NCBI GenBank assembly: GCA_023426575.1 | Contig: JAFAAL010000012.1 | Span: 68,270 to 132,269, forward strand | Length of the DNA: 64,000 nucleotides | Source of the DNA: Bacillota bacterium | Lineage (GTDB): Bacteria > Bacillota > Clostridia > Saccharofermentanales > DTU023 | Direction: 5' to 3' | Part shown: positions 9,711-18,915 of the stretch, piece after piece | How the letters are laid out: every line of letters starts with the position of its first letter | Numbering within the stretch: position 1 is the first letter of the stretch | The notes under the pieces: generated by a model | What the model saw: only the letters and a program-made list of their open reading frames with translations | Told to the model about the DNA's origin: nothing | The model's database searches: none | Made by a program: the position numbers and the translations under genes

Positions 9711-10337
9711 TCAGGCATCATCTCTGAGAACAGAACGATTCTTCCTGAAATAATCATAGGCGGAGATGATGGCGAGAATCACAGCAATAGCGATGAGGAG
9801 ATCTGTCACTACATAAAGTGCTAAGAGACGCGGGGCCGAGTCTCCCACCCTCTCCACGAAGAAGTGGCCGAGAATTCCCTCAAGCATCAAGAAGATCAGG
9901 GCAAAGAGCTGAACTGTCGTCTTGACCTTGCCCCACCACGACGCCGCGATGACTTGGCGCTTTTCGAGGGCGACTTGGCGCAGCCCCGTGATAATCAGTT
10001 CCCGCGCCAAGATCACGAAGAAGACAAAGGCATGAACTCGTCCTCTCGCCACAAAGGCCAGCAAGACCGACAAGACCAACATCTTGTCCGCAAGAGGATC
10101 TGTAAACTTGCCAAAGTTGGTGACCAAGTTACGGCTCCTTGCAATACGCCCATCAAAGAAGTCGGTCAGAGATGCAATGACGAAGAGGACAAGCGCTGCG
10201 ATCTGACCGAAAAGAGAATGAATAAAGCGAATCTGGGCTGGCCAGAAGGGAATCTCCAGAAGTAAGAGCATGACAAGGGGGATGAGGGCCATCCTCATCA
10301 GGGTCAGTTTATTAGGTAAATTTAATTTCATACTCAC
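9711..10337 (-). CDS. pgsA: CDP-diacylglycerol--glycerol-3-phosphate 3-phosphatidyltransferase
   Basis: 208 aa, multi-TM, with the CDP-alcohol phosphatidyltransferase motif [27 protein letters not shown]. Confidence 0.9.
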   Translation of the reverse strand: MSMKLNLPNKLTLMRMALIPLVMLLLLEIPFWPAQIRFIHSLFGQIAALVLFVIASLTDFFDGRIARSRNLVTNFGKFTDPLADKMLVLSVLLAFVARGRVHAFVFFVILARELIITGLRQVALEKRQVIAASWWGKVKTTVQLFALIFLMLEGILGHFFVERVGDSAPRLLALYVVTDLLIAIAVILAIISAYDYFRKNRSVLRDDA

Positions 10338-10360
10338 CTCCGCAAGTTCTCACAAGGTTA

Positions 10361-11698
10361 TTATACAGTCTTTGCCGTTAAATCATACCCTTGGACATCG
10401 ATGATCTCAGCTCGGACTCGCTGACCAAGTCTCAGCTCCTCTCCTCGGCTGTTGAGGAGGAAAATATCGGGGTCAATCTCGGGAGCCTCTCCGTAAGAAC
10501 GGCCGACATAGAAGATGCCGTCGGGAGACACGGACTCAAGCAAGACATCAACTCTCTGACCGAGACGTGCCTTCGCCTGTCTCTCAGCAATCTCGGCCTG
10601 TACAGTCATGACGCGCTCGACGCGTGAGGCCTTGGTCTCATCATCAATCTGCCCGGGGAGGCGATAGGCCCTCGTTTTTTCCTCAGGGGAAAAGGCAAAG
10701 CAACCCAAGCGGTCAAAGGGATGTTCCTGAATAAAGTCGATGAGCTCGCTGACCTCATCTTCTCTTTCGCCAGGAAAACCCAAGAGAACGGTCGTACGTA
10801 GGATGAGATTTGGAATACTGTTTCTGAGACGCAAGATATTTCGAGCAATATCAGCCTTTGTCTCATGACGGCCCATGCGCTTCAAAATGGCGTCGCTGAC
10901 ATGCTGAATCGGCATGTCCAAATAGGGTAAAATTCGCTCTTCACTGGCCATGAGAGCGATCATCTCATCACTCAGGGCATCGCCATAGGTATACATTAGT
11001 CGAATCCAAGGGATCTCTGTCTCTTCGAGGAGGGCTCGCAGAACTGTGACAAGCGTCTCCCCTGTCTTGAGATCCGTCCCATAGCGCGCAGTGTCTTGGG
11101 CGACGAGAATCAACTCCTGGAACCCAGCCTTGGACAGATCCCTGGCCTCGCGCACGAGACTTGCCTGAGGTCTGGAGCGCAGAGGGCCACGAATACCTGG
11201 AATCGCGCAAAAAGCACAGTGATTTGAGCAGCCTTCAGCCACTTTGAGATAGGCGTAGGCGCGGCTGAGATCGGCCACGCGGCCCTGCTCCAAGTGCGCT
11301 AGGGAGCCAGGGGCTGGGGCTCTCATGCAGGGCTCAAACTGCTCCTGGCCGAGGGCATCCAGCACTTGAGCTATATTCTTATATTCAGCTGTGCCGAGAC
11401 AGGCATCAACTTCTGGCAGATCTCTATAGACCTCGGCCATATAGCGCTGGGGCAGGCAACCTGTCATGACTAGCTTAGCGCCAGGGCGCTTGAGATCGGC
11501 AAGTTCGAGCGTCGCCGAGATGGCCTCCGCCTTGGCCGCAGTGATGAAGCCACAGGTATTGATGATCAGGTAGTCAGCCGCTTCTGGATCTGGCGTAAAT
11601 TCATATCCCGCCTCGCGCAAGATATAGATCATGCTCTCAGCATCCGCCTCATTTTTGGGGCAGCCAAGAGATAGGAGATAATACTTATTCTTCTTCAA
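10361..11698 (-). CDS. rimO: Ribosomal protein uS12 methylthiotransferase RimO (radical SAM)
   Basis: 445 aa with N-terminal LSLGCPKNEAD, the radical-SAM motif CSNHCAFC, and a C-terminal TRAM-like domain. Confidence 0.88.
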   Translation of the reverse strand: MKKNKYYLLSLGCPKNEADAESMIYILREAGYEFTPDPEAADYLIINTCGFITAAKAEAISATLELADLKRPGAKLVMTGCLPQRYMAEVYRDLPEVDACLGTAEYKNIAQVLDALGQEQFEPCMRAPAPGSLAHLEQGRVADLSRAYAYLKVAEGCSNHCAFCAIPGIRGPLRSRPQASLVREARDLSKAGFQELILVAQDTARYGTDLKTGETLVTVLRALLEETEIPWIRLMYTYGDALSDEMIALMASEERILPYLDMPIQHVSDAILKRMGRHETKADIARNILRLRNSIPNLILRTTVLLGFPGEREDEVSELIDFIQEHPFDRLGCFAFSPEEKTRAYRLPGQIDDETKASRVERVMTVQAEIAERQAKARLGQRVDVLLESVSPDGIFYVGRSYGEAPEIDPDIFLLNSRGEELRLGQRVRAEIIDVQGYDLTAKTV

Positions 11699-12161
11699 AA
11701 GTCTCCTCCAGAGCTCGTCTCACAAGATCAGAGCTGAAGCCCCGCCCGAGCAAAAAGCGATATGCCCGCTGATATCCCTTGTCCTTGAGGGAGGAAGAGA
11801 GATCGGCTAGCAATTCCATGAGTCGTGATGCCTCAGGAGGAAGTTCAGAAAGCACCTCCTCAGCCGCCACTCGGTCAATCCCCTGCTCATAGAGCAAGTT
11901 TTTCAAGAAGAGATCTCCCTTGGCCCTTCTCCCCTGATGTCGCGCCACGCTGATGCGCGCCGCCCTTAGGTCAGAAAGGTAGTCCATATCCTCCAGGTCG
12001 ACAATGACCTGCTCAATGAGCCCCGACTCATAGCCCAAGCGCTGTAGTTTATGCCGAATGGCCGCCCGTGAGCGGCTGAAATTAGAGCCGATGTACTTGA
12101 CAGCAGCTTCTCTTGCTGACCGATAATCCTGTTCTTCAGATTTATTCATCTCAGTCATCAA
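11685..12161 (-). CDS. recX: RecA regulator RecX
   Basis: 158 aa of helical repeats; overlaps the recA stop. Confidence 0.85.
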   Translation of the reverse strand: MMTEMNKSEEQDYRSAREAAVKYIGSNFSRSRAAIRHKLQRLGYESGLIEQVIVDLEDMDYLSDLRAARISVARHQGRRAKGDLFLKNLLYEQGIDRVAAEEVLSELPPEASRLMELLADLSSSLKDKGYQRAYRFLLGRGFSSDLVRRALEETFEEE

Positions 12162-13311
12162 GATTTAAGAGCTCGTCGAGTTCAGCATCGACATCATCCT
12201 CTTCGACTTGAGTTTTCTTCTGTGGGCGAACGCTCTGTTCCTTCTCCTCGGGACTGTCACTGGGATCACCCCCGATGTGATAGTGCTGACGCACTGCCTC
12301 TTCAATCTCCTCAAACTTGTCGGGATTTTCTTTGAGCCATTGGCGGGCATTGGTCTGGCCCTGGCCCAGTTTTTCATCCTTATAGCTGTACCACGAACCC
12401 GATTTATCAATAATATCCAGCTCGGAGGCAAGATCGAGCAAGGTGCCCTCACGTGAGATTCCCTCCCCATAGAGGATGTCAAAGATCGCTTCTCGGAAGG
12501 GAGGCGCCATTTTGTTCTTGACGACTTTAACTCTTGTCTTGGCACCGACGGACTCCGTTCCGTCTTTTAAGGTATCAATTCTGCGCACATCAAGGCGTAC
12601 AGAGGCATAAAACTTGAGAGCACGACCACCAGTCGTCGTCTCAGGATTGCCGAACATCACGCCGATTTTCTCACGTAGCTGATTGATAAAGATAATCAGA
12701 GTTTCTGACTTTGCGGAAACACCTGCGAGTTTTCTCAGGGCCTGGGACATCAGTCGTGCCTGCGCTCCGACTTGGACGTCACCCATCTCGCCGTCAATCT
12801 CCGCCTTGGGGACGAGGGCCGCAACAGAGTCGACGACAATAATGTCGACGGCTCCCGAGCGAACCAGCGCCTCACAGATCTCGAGCGCTTGCTCACCATG
12901 ATCGGGCTGGGAGATTAATAACTCATCGACATCGACCCCGATTTTTTCGGCGTAAACAGGATCGAGGGCGTGCTCAGCATCAATAAATGCCGCAATCCCT
13001 CCCTGCTTCTGACATTCTGCGACCACGTGAAGAGCCACTGTTGTCTTACCAGAACTCTCCGGACCATAAATCTCGACGATTCTACCGCGTGGCAAGCCGC
13101 CGATACCGAGGGCGATGTCTAGTGATAGAGCCCCCGTCGGAATCGATTGGACATTGATATGTTCTTCTTCTCCCATTTTGAGGATGGCGCCCTTGCCAAA
13201 CTGCTTCTCGATCTGCTTCATCGCCATATCGAGAGCCTTCTGACGTTCGCCCTCCCCCTTGGGTCCTATATTCTGACTCGATTTCCCAGACTTTGCTTTT
13301 GCCATGGTCAC
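12151..13311 (-). CDS. recA: Recombinase RecA
   Basis: 386 aa with [17 protein letters not shown], Walker [10 protein letters not shown] and an acidic C-terminal tail; AAGGAG lies upstream. Confidence 0.98.
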   Translation of the reverse strand: MTMAKAKSGKSSQNIGPKGEGERQKALDMAMKQIEKQFGKGAILKMGEEEHINVQSIPTGALSLDIALGIGGLPRGRIVEIYGPESSGKTTVALHVVAECQKQGGIAAFIDAEHALDPVYAEKIGVDVDELLISQPDHGEQALEICEALVRSGAVDIIVVDSVAALVPKAEIDGEMGDVQVGAQARLMSQALRKLAGVSAKSETLIIFINQLREKIGVMFGNPETTTGGRALKFYASVRLDVRRIDTLKDGTESVGAKTRVKVVKNKMAPPFREAIFDILYGEGISREGTLLDLASELDIIDKSGSWYSYKDEKLGQGQTNARQWLKENPDKFEEIEEAVRQHYHIGGDPSDSPEEKEQSVRPQKKTQVEEDDVDAELDELLNLDD

Positions 13312-13386
13312 TCTCCTTTTTTAAATCTCTATATACACTAACAGGCCTAGGAGATCTCAAGGTCCTCCATGGGCTGTCAATTTAAG

Positions 13387-13899
13387 TCAAAAGCCTCCAA
13401 TGGGGCTTTTGGATATCATCTCTATAAGTCCGCGATAGGCCTCTAAGACGGCCATCTCACGGATGCTCTGACGATCCCCCTGAAAATCACATTCTTGAAC
13501 TCGATAGCGCTGCCCTAAGCGATAGCCAATATACACTCGCCCGACAGCTTGACCGCCAGCAGCCTCTGGCCCCGCGTTCCCTGTCAAACTCAGCGCCGCA
13601 TCGCTGGGGATAAGGGTCAAAAGACCCTTGAGCATCCGCAGCGCACAGTCCTCGCTGACGACTGAGCCTCCCGGGAGCTTATTGAGATCAATCTTGAGCA
13701 GATCCCGTTTGACACTATCCTGATAACAGACGACGCCCCCAGTTAAGAGGGGCGATATCCCCGGAATCTCAACGAGCTTCGACATGGCCAGTCCGCCTGA
13801 GAGCGACTCAGCACAGGCCAGCGTCAAGCCCTTGTCGCGGAGGGCGGCCGCCAGCGCGACCGCCCCCTCGTGAAGTTTTCTATGCATCCATGCCCTCAT
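13387..13899 (-). CDS. pncC: CinA C-terminal domain / nicotinamide-nucleotide amidohydrolase PncC-like
   Basis: 170 aa with LACAESLSGGL. Only the C-terminal CinA domain is present; the gene sits upstream of recA. Confidence 0.82.
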   Translation of the reverse strand: MRAWMHRKLHEGAVALAAALRDKGLTLACAESLSGGLAMSKLVEIPGISPLLTGGVVCYQDSVKRDLLKIDLNKLPGGSVVSEDCALRMLKGLLTLIPSDAALSLTGNAGPEAAGGQAVGRVYIGYRLGQRYRVQECDFQGDRQSIREMAVLEAYRGLIEMISKSPIGGF

Positions 13900-14740
13900 G
13901 GCGCTTGTAGGCCTGGAGGGTATTAGACATCAACATCGCAATCGTCATCGGGCCGACACCGCCAGGAACTGGTGTGATGGCCTGGACGTGGGGCTCGACC
14001 TCGGCGAAGTCAATATCCCCGACGACCTTGCCGTCGTCTTTTCGATTGATGGAGACATCGATGATCACTTGATTTGGATTGGTGTAGTCAAGATCAATCA
14101 TCTCAGCCCGGCCCATCGCAGAGACCAAGATGTCTGCCTCTTGGCAAATTTCTTTCATATTGGCCGTCTTGGAATGGCAGATCGTCACAGTCGCGTGCTC
14201 ACGGAGAAGCATGAGTGCAATCGGTTTGCCGACGATATTGGAGCGTCCGAGGACAACGGCCTTCTTGCCAGCAATTTCGATTCCGTAATCGTGGAGCATC
14301 TCCATGATGCCTGCTGGCGTGCAGGGCTCAAGAGTCGGCAGTCCCAAGAGAAGCTTCCCTGCACTGATCGGGTGGAATCCGTCGACATCCTTATCGGGGC
14401 TGATCGTCTCGATGACAAGATCCTCATTGAGATGCTTGGGCAGGGGCAGCTGGCACAAAATCCCATCACAGTCCGGATTGTTATTGAGCTCCTTGACGAG
14501 ATTTAAGAGTTCTTCCTCCGTCGTATCTTCAGGCAAATTCTTCTTCCAAGAGACGAAGCCGCACTGCTCACACGCCTTTTCCTTGTTGCGGACATAAATC
14601 GAAGAGGCAGGATCGGCGCCGACCTGTATGACGGCGAGACCAGGGGCTCTTTTGCCCGAAGCCTTGAGTTCTTCAACTTCCGCCTTGATTCTTTCCTTCA
14701 CTTTCTTGGACAGTTCTCGACCGTCAATTCTGATTGCCAT
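13880..14740 (-). CDS. folD: Bifunctional methylene-THF dehydrogenase / methenyl-THF cyclohydrolase
   Basis: 286 aa with GRSNIVGKP and PVPGGVGPMT. Confidence 0.96.
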   Translation of the reverse strand: MAIRIDGRELSKKVKERIKAEVEELKASGKRAPGLAVIQVGADPASSIYVRNKEKACEQCGFVSWKKNLPEDTTEEELLNLVKELNNNPDCDGILCQLPLPKHLNEDLVIETISPDKDVDGFHPISAGKLLLGLPTLEPCTPAGIMEMLHDYGIEIAGKKAVVLGRSNIVGKPIALMLLREHATVTICHSKTANMKEICQEADILVSAMGRAEMIDLDYTNPNQVIIDVSINRKDDGKVVGDIDFAEVEPHVQAITPVPGGVGPMTIAMLMSNTLQAYKRHEGMDA

Positions 14741-14752
14741 AGTACATCCTTT

Positions 14753-17464
14753 CTAGTTTCCCTCACCCGGATTCAAGAGGGCGTGGAATTGCTTCATATC
14801 TTTCACCACTATCTTACGTGGTTTAGACCCTTCAAAGGGGCCGATCGCCCCGACATCGTGCAGCTGATCTACAATGCGTGCCGCTCTAGGATAGCCAATA
14901 TTCAAGCGTCTTTGCAGTAACGAAATTGAAGCGTAGTCATTGTCGAGGCAGACTTGCATCGCATCGGGCAAGAGCTCATCCATTTCATCGTCGTCGCCCG
15001 CCGCTCCCGCACTGACAACTGCTCGACTTGAATTTTCAATAGCTTCCCCTACTTCCTCGTCATACTGCTCGCCAAAGTGACTCTTGAGATACTTGACGAC
15101 AGCCTCCACCTCGCGATCTGTGACAAAAGAGCCTTGACCGCGCAGAGATTTTGCGGAGGACTGCGGCGCATAGATCATGTCACCTTTTCCCAAGAGTTTT
15201 TCAGCTCCTGCCAAGTCGAGGATGGTTCGAGAATCTACTTGGCTTGCTACGGCAAAGGCGATACGAGAGGGAATATTCGCTTTGATGACACCTGTGATGA
15301 CGTCGACGGAAGGGCGCTGAGTGGCGATGATCAGATGAATACCTGCAGCTCTCGCCATGGCCGTCAGCCGAGAAATCGACTCCTCGACCTCGGCGGCAGA
15401 CGTCGCCATCAGGTCGGATAACTCATCGATGACAAGAACGATATAAGGCAGTCTCTCGTTAGAGAGCTTTGGATCGGTAAGGAAGTGACCACTGGCCAAC
15501 CAGTCATTGAAAGAAGTAAAGTCGCGGACGCCCGCATGGGCAAAGAGATTGTAGCGTCGACTCATCTCATCGACGGCCCAGCGCAGGACAGCCGTCGCCT
15601 TTTTGGGGTTGGTAACTACTGGCTGGAGAAGATGCGGAATCCCGTTATACACCGAGAGTTCGACCACCTTGGGATCGATCATCAGCAGTCTCAAGTCTTC
15701 GGGCCCGCTGCGGTAGAGGAGAGAGATCAGGATCGAATTGATACAGACAGACTTCCCCGAGCCCGTGGCCCCTGCTATTAAAAGATGGGGCATCTTTGCG
15801 ATGTCACAGAAAATAGGCTCACCCTGTATATCGCGACCAATGGCCGAGAGGAGGGGCGCCTTGTTCTCTTGAAAGCGGCGATCCTCTAGAATCCCGCGGA
15901 GGAGGACCGCTGAGGTCTGCTTATTGGGGATCTCTATACCGACGGCAGACTTACCCGGAATGGGGGCCTCAATTCGCACAGCCGTCGCTGCCAGCGCAAG
16001 CGCAATATCATCGGCCAAGCTGACAATTTTGGAGACCTTGACACCTGGGCCAGGTGCAATCTCAAAGCGCGAAATCGTCGGTCCAGTGGTGAAATTGATA
16101 ACCTTGGCTGAGATGCCAAAATCGTTGAGCGTCTTCTCCAAGGTCGCCCCGAGCAGGCGAATTTCTGCCTCCTGTTCAGGATTCTCCTTCTGTCTTTGCT
16201 CAGGCTGCAGGAGCTTCATGGGTGGTGCGGCGTAGACTTGCAGCTGCTGCGCCTTCTTCTTGGGCGGAGTCGCCCCCTCTTGTCGATCCTGCCAATTATC
16301 GCGCGCATCTTCAGCTTGAAGCGATTCACTCAGCGCCTCGATCTCCTGAGCCCTGGCAAGAATATCCTCGTCGAGCTCAAAAGCAGAAAGTGACTCTTCG
16401 CTCTTTATTTTCACCTCCGGCGGGGGGCTCATCTCAGCGCGATCGATGCTATCGAGCTGTGGCAGCGCGGACAGCTCGTCACTCGAGGCATATGCCCCTG
16501 GCGCCTCAGCGAGATCTGTCAGTCTCCAATCTCCATCAGGCAGTCCAAAAGTCAACGCGTCATCTGAGGACCAAGAATTGCCCGAGATCTCGGGGCTTGT
16601 AGACTCCTCCAATTGGAATCCCGACGACGGAATCGCCGTGCTCCTTACAAATTCAGAAGCTGACCATTCGTCTCTGGGCGACATATTCGTCAAACGATTG
16701 AGCTCCTCTTGTGAATCATGCTCAGTCATAAGCTCTTCTACCGTCTCCACAGTGTCACGCCCAAGCCGCCTGTCATCCGGCTCCGGGCGTATCATCTCAT
16801 TCTCCTCGAGGGCTCGCGCTCTATGGTCGCGCCTCGACTCCATGTAATCAGACTTATAAGACATGAGGCTGAGATATCCACTCCGAATCAGGGAGGCATA
16901 AGAGAAGTTGAACAAGAGCAAAAGAATCATCAGGAGGGCGATGGCCAAGAGGATGACGGCACCGACCTGACCGACGACATTGACGAGACCAAGACTCATG
17001 AGCGTAGCAAAGAAGCCACCATACCAGAAAGCCGAAGCGTGTGTGACTTCCTCAATACCTCGGGCCTGCCAGAGAAGGCTCAAGACCCTCGTCGCCCGAA
17101 CCTCGCCATCGACAGTGGCCAAACGAATGAGCTCATCTTCAGAAACCGTGAAGACAGAGATCAGACACATGAGAGCAAGGAAAAGACAGAGCGTCAGAAT
17201 CTGCCTCTTACGGGAAAAAGCAAGCTCGCGCGCCAAAAAGATCTCTAAAGCGAGATAGGAGCAAAGAAAAGGCGGCAGGTGGGCTGCCGTACCGAAGAGC
17301 GAAGCCAAAAAATCGCCGATATGAGCGCCGAGCTCACCCGTCAGACCCTGAGGCAACCAGAGAATGGCCGCCACAAAAAGAGCGAGACCAATGAGCAACA
17401 TCGCTCCCAATTCCCGCCGCTGTGCCTGCCTGCGCTCTCGCTCTGCCTTAGTCATTCTCGCCAT
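14753..17464 (-). CDS. ftsK: DNA translocase FtsK/SpoIIIE
   Basis: N-terminal TM segments, an acidic/Pro-rich linker, motor Walker A GATGSGKS, and a C-terminal gamma winged helix (ISLLQRRLNIGYPRAARIV). The start is set at ATG 17464, which has GAGG 6 nt upstream. Confidence 0.94.
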   Translation of the reverse strand: MARMTKAERERRQAQRRELGAMLLIGLALFVAAILWLPQGLTGELGAHIGDFLASLFGTAAHLPPFLCSYLALEIFLARELAFSRKRQILTLCLFLALMCLISVFTVSEDELIRLATVDGEVRATRVLSLLWQARGIEEVTHASAFWYGGFFATLMSLGLVNVVGQVGAVILLAIALLMILLLLFNFSYASLIRSGYLSLMSYKSDYMESRRDHRARALEENEMIRPEPDDRRLGRDTVETVEELMTEHDSQEELNRLTNMSPRDEWSASEFVRSTAIPSSGFQLEESTSPEISGNSWSSDDALTFGLPDGDWRLTDLAEAPGAYASSDELSALPQLDSIDRAEMSPPPEVKIKSEESLSAFELDEDILARAQEIEALSESLQAEDARDNWQDRQEGATPPKKKAQQLQVYAAPPMKLLQPEQRQKENPEQEAEIRLLGATLEKTLNDFGISAKVINFTTGPTISRFEIAPGPGVKVSKIVSLADDIALALAATAVRIEAPIPGKSAVGIEIPNKQTSAVLLRGILEDRRFQENKAPLLSAIGRDIQGEPIFCDIAKMPHLLIAGATGSGKSVCINSILISLLYRSGPEDLRLLMIDPKVVELSVYNGIPHLLQPVVTNPKKATAVLRWAVDEMSRRYNLFAHAGVRDFTSFNDWLASGHFLTDPKLSNERLPYIVLVIDELSDLMATSAAEVEESISRLTAMARAAGIHLIIATQRPSVDVITGVIKANIPSRIAFAVASQVDSRTILDLAGAEKLLGKGDMIYAPQSSAKSLRGQGSFVTDREVEAVVKYLKSHFGEQYDEEVGEAIENSSRAVVSAGAAGDDDEMDELLPDAMQVCLDNDYASISLLQRRLNIGYPRAARIVDQLHDVGAIGPFEGSKPRKIVVKDMKQFHALLNPGEGN

Positions 17465-18035
17465 ACACAACCTCTGCCTCTTGAGATTCTAAACACATGT
17501 GATGCAAGAGCGCTAGCTGCGTCTTGGCATCCTTGATCTCCCCTCTTAATACTCTCTGATAAGCCTCAGCAAGAGAGATCCACTCACAATGAATGAACTC
17601 CCCTGGATCGGGCATCATCTCCTGCACCTTCTGACAGTCCCTGGCAATGAAGACATGGATGGATTCATCAAGATAGCCAGGACTCGGATAAAAGGATAGA
17701 AACATTTGCCAGTTATCTGAGCTCAAGCCACATTCTTCTAGCAGCTCTCGCTGTGCACACGCAAGAGGCGACTCTCCTCGCTCTACTTTCCCCGCAGGAA
17801 GCTCTGGAATGAGCTCTCCATACGGGGCTCGATATTGCCAGATAAGGGGCATCTGAAGATCCGAAGTCAAAGCCAAAATCGCAGCACCCCCCGGGTGTCG
17901 CACAATTTCACGCGTCGACCTCTCCCCATCGCTCAGGGCAACATCCCTGACTTCCACAGAAAAGACACGACCTGAAAAGACCTCACGTCCTCCGAGATCT
18001 TTCTCCATCAGCCGTTCGCGCTCATTATCTCGCAT
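17448..18035 (-). CDS. NUDIX hydrolase (ADP-ribose pyrophosphatase-like)
   Basis: Nudix box GKVERGESPLACAQRELLEECG. The start is chosen at ATG 18035, which has AGGAG 9 nt upstream. ATG 18008 is an alternative start. Confidence 0.82.
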   Translation of the reverse strand: MRDNERERLMEKDLGGREVFSGRVFSVEVRDVALSDGERSTREIVRHPGGAAILALTSDLQMPLIWQYRAPYGELIPELPAGKVERGESPLACAQRELLEECGLSSDNWQMFLSFYPSPGYLDESIHVFIARDCQKVQEMMPDPGEFIHCEWISLAEAYQRVLRGEIKDAKTQLALLHHMCLESQEAEVVYGEND

Positions 18036-18516
18036 TGGACTGCTCTCCTGCCTCAGATTCAGTCTCCGAGCGCGCGACACCGTCTCTCAGCGTTCGGACG
18101 GCGAGTTCATCGACAAAATTATTATAGTGATCATCCGCATGACCCTTGACCTTGATCCATTCCACTTCATGCTTGGCTGTCAGAGTCAAAAGCTTCTGCC
18201 AGAGGTCGAGATTGGCCACTGGTTGCTTGGCGGAATTCCTCCAGCCCTTCTTCTGCCAGCGATCATACCAACGCTCATGAAACGCCCGTACGAGATAGGC
18301 CGAATCAGAATGGAGGTAGACCTTGCAAGGATACTTCAGAGCCGAGAGGGCCTCTATCGCCGCCATCATTTCCATGCGATTATTCGTCGTATCCGAAACG
18401 AAACCAGATTGACTCTTCTCATGCTGGCCTAGCTTCAAAAAATAGGCCCAGGCTCCAGGCCCAGGATTCCCAGAACATGCCCCATCTGTATAGATGATCA
18501 ACTTCTCAGAACTCAA
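18025..18516 (-). CDS. rnhA: Ribonuclease HI
   Basis: Contains IIYTDGACSGNPGPGAW and VKGHADDHYNNFVDELA. The first 53 codons of the listed ORF overlie tRNA-Trp and its terminator. The start is therefore moved to TTG 18516, which has GAGGAG 6 nt upstream. Confidence 0.88.
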   Translation of the reverse strand: MSSEKLIIYTDGACSGNPGPGAWAYFLKLGQHEKSQSGFVSDTTNNRMEMMAAIEALSALKYPCKVYLHSDSAYLVRAFHERWYDRWQKKGWRNSAKQPVANLDLWQKLLTLTAKHEVEWIKVKGHADDHYNNFVDELAVRTLRDGVARSETESEAGEQSNAR

Positions 18517-18552
18517 GCGCTTCTCCTCGTTAAATACTTCTCCGATTTTAAC

Positions 18553-18584
18553 ATAAAAAAAGGATTGTCGCTTCCGACAATCCT
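18553..18584 (-). terminator. Intrinsic terminator immediately after tRNA-Trp
   Basis: 10-bp stem AGGATTGTCG / CGACAATCCT (18561..18584) with a 4-nt loop, followed on the minus strand by a T-run of at least 6. Confidence 0.7.
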
Positions 18585-18658
18585 GGCAGGGGAGACGCGA
18601 TTCGAACACGCAACCGACGGTTTTGGAGACCGTTGCTCTACCGTTGAGCCACTCCCCT
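18584..18658 (-). tRNA. trnW: tRNA-Trp (anticodon CCA)
   Basis: 75-nt cloverleaf read by eye: acceptor AGGGGAG/CTCCCCT, anticodon loop CTCCAAA, T-loop TTCGAAT, and an encoded 3' CCA. Confidence 0.92.
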
Positions 18659-18670
18659 ATGAGCTTCTGC

Positions 18671-18700
18671 ATCATAGCAGTTATCGTTCACCGCTGTCAA
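18671..18700 (-). promoter_or_regulatory. Promoter for tRNA-Trp
   Basis: Minus-strand TTGACA (18700..18695), an 18-nt spacer, then TATGAT (18676..18671). The tRNA 5' end lies 12 nt downstream. Confidence 0.6.
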
Positions 18701-18734
18701 GGTCTACCACATGCTCTCATTTCATCTCCGAGCC

Positions 18735-18762
18735 TTGACATCTATCAATCCTTCGCTATAAT
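18735..18762 (+). promoter_or_regulatory. Promoter for tRNA-Pro
   Basis: TTGACA (18735..18740), a 16-nt spacer, then TATAAT (18757..18762). The tRNA starts 11 nt downstream. Confidence 0.65.
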
Positions 18763-18773
18763 CAAATAGCAAT

Positions 18774-18850
18774 CGGGGTGTAGCTCAGGTGGCTAGAGTG
18801 CGTGCTTGGGGTGCACGAGGTCGCAAGTTCAAGTCTTGTCACTCCGACCA
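18774..18850 (+). tRNA. trnP: tRNA-Pro (anticodon GGG)
   Basis: 77-nt cloverleaf: acceptor CGGGGTG/CACTCCG, anticodon loop TTGGGGT, T-loop TTCAAGT, and an encoded CCA. Confidence 0.92.
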
Positions 18851-18883
18851 AAAAAGAGAGAGCCAATTGGCTCTCTCTTTTTT
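18851..18883. terminator. Bidirectional intrinsic terminator shared by tRNA-Pro (+) and pnp (-)
   Basis: AGAGAGAGCC (18855..18864) pairs with GGCTCTCTCT (18869..18878). An A-run lies on the 5' side and a T-run on the 3' side. Confidence 0.7.
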
Positions 18884-18915
18884 CTTCTTCCCTCTTACTG
18901 AGTGTCAGACTGTGT

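Noticed and set aside
13312-13386. A LexA (Cheo-type GAAC-N4-GTTC) box upstream of recA. I also looked upstream of recN (44880..44897).
   Set aside because: No GAAC...GTTC palindrome is visible in either region. Absence by eye is not proof, so no claim is made either way.
18517-18675. The N-terminal 53 codons of the 216-aa rnhA ORF.
   Set aside because: They overlie tRNA-Trp and its terminator hairpin. An SD plus TTG at 18516 gives a normal-length RNase HI.
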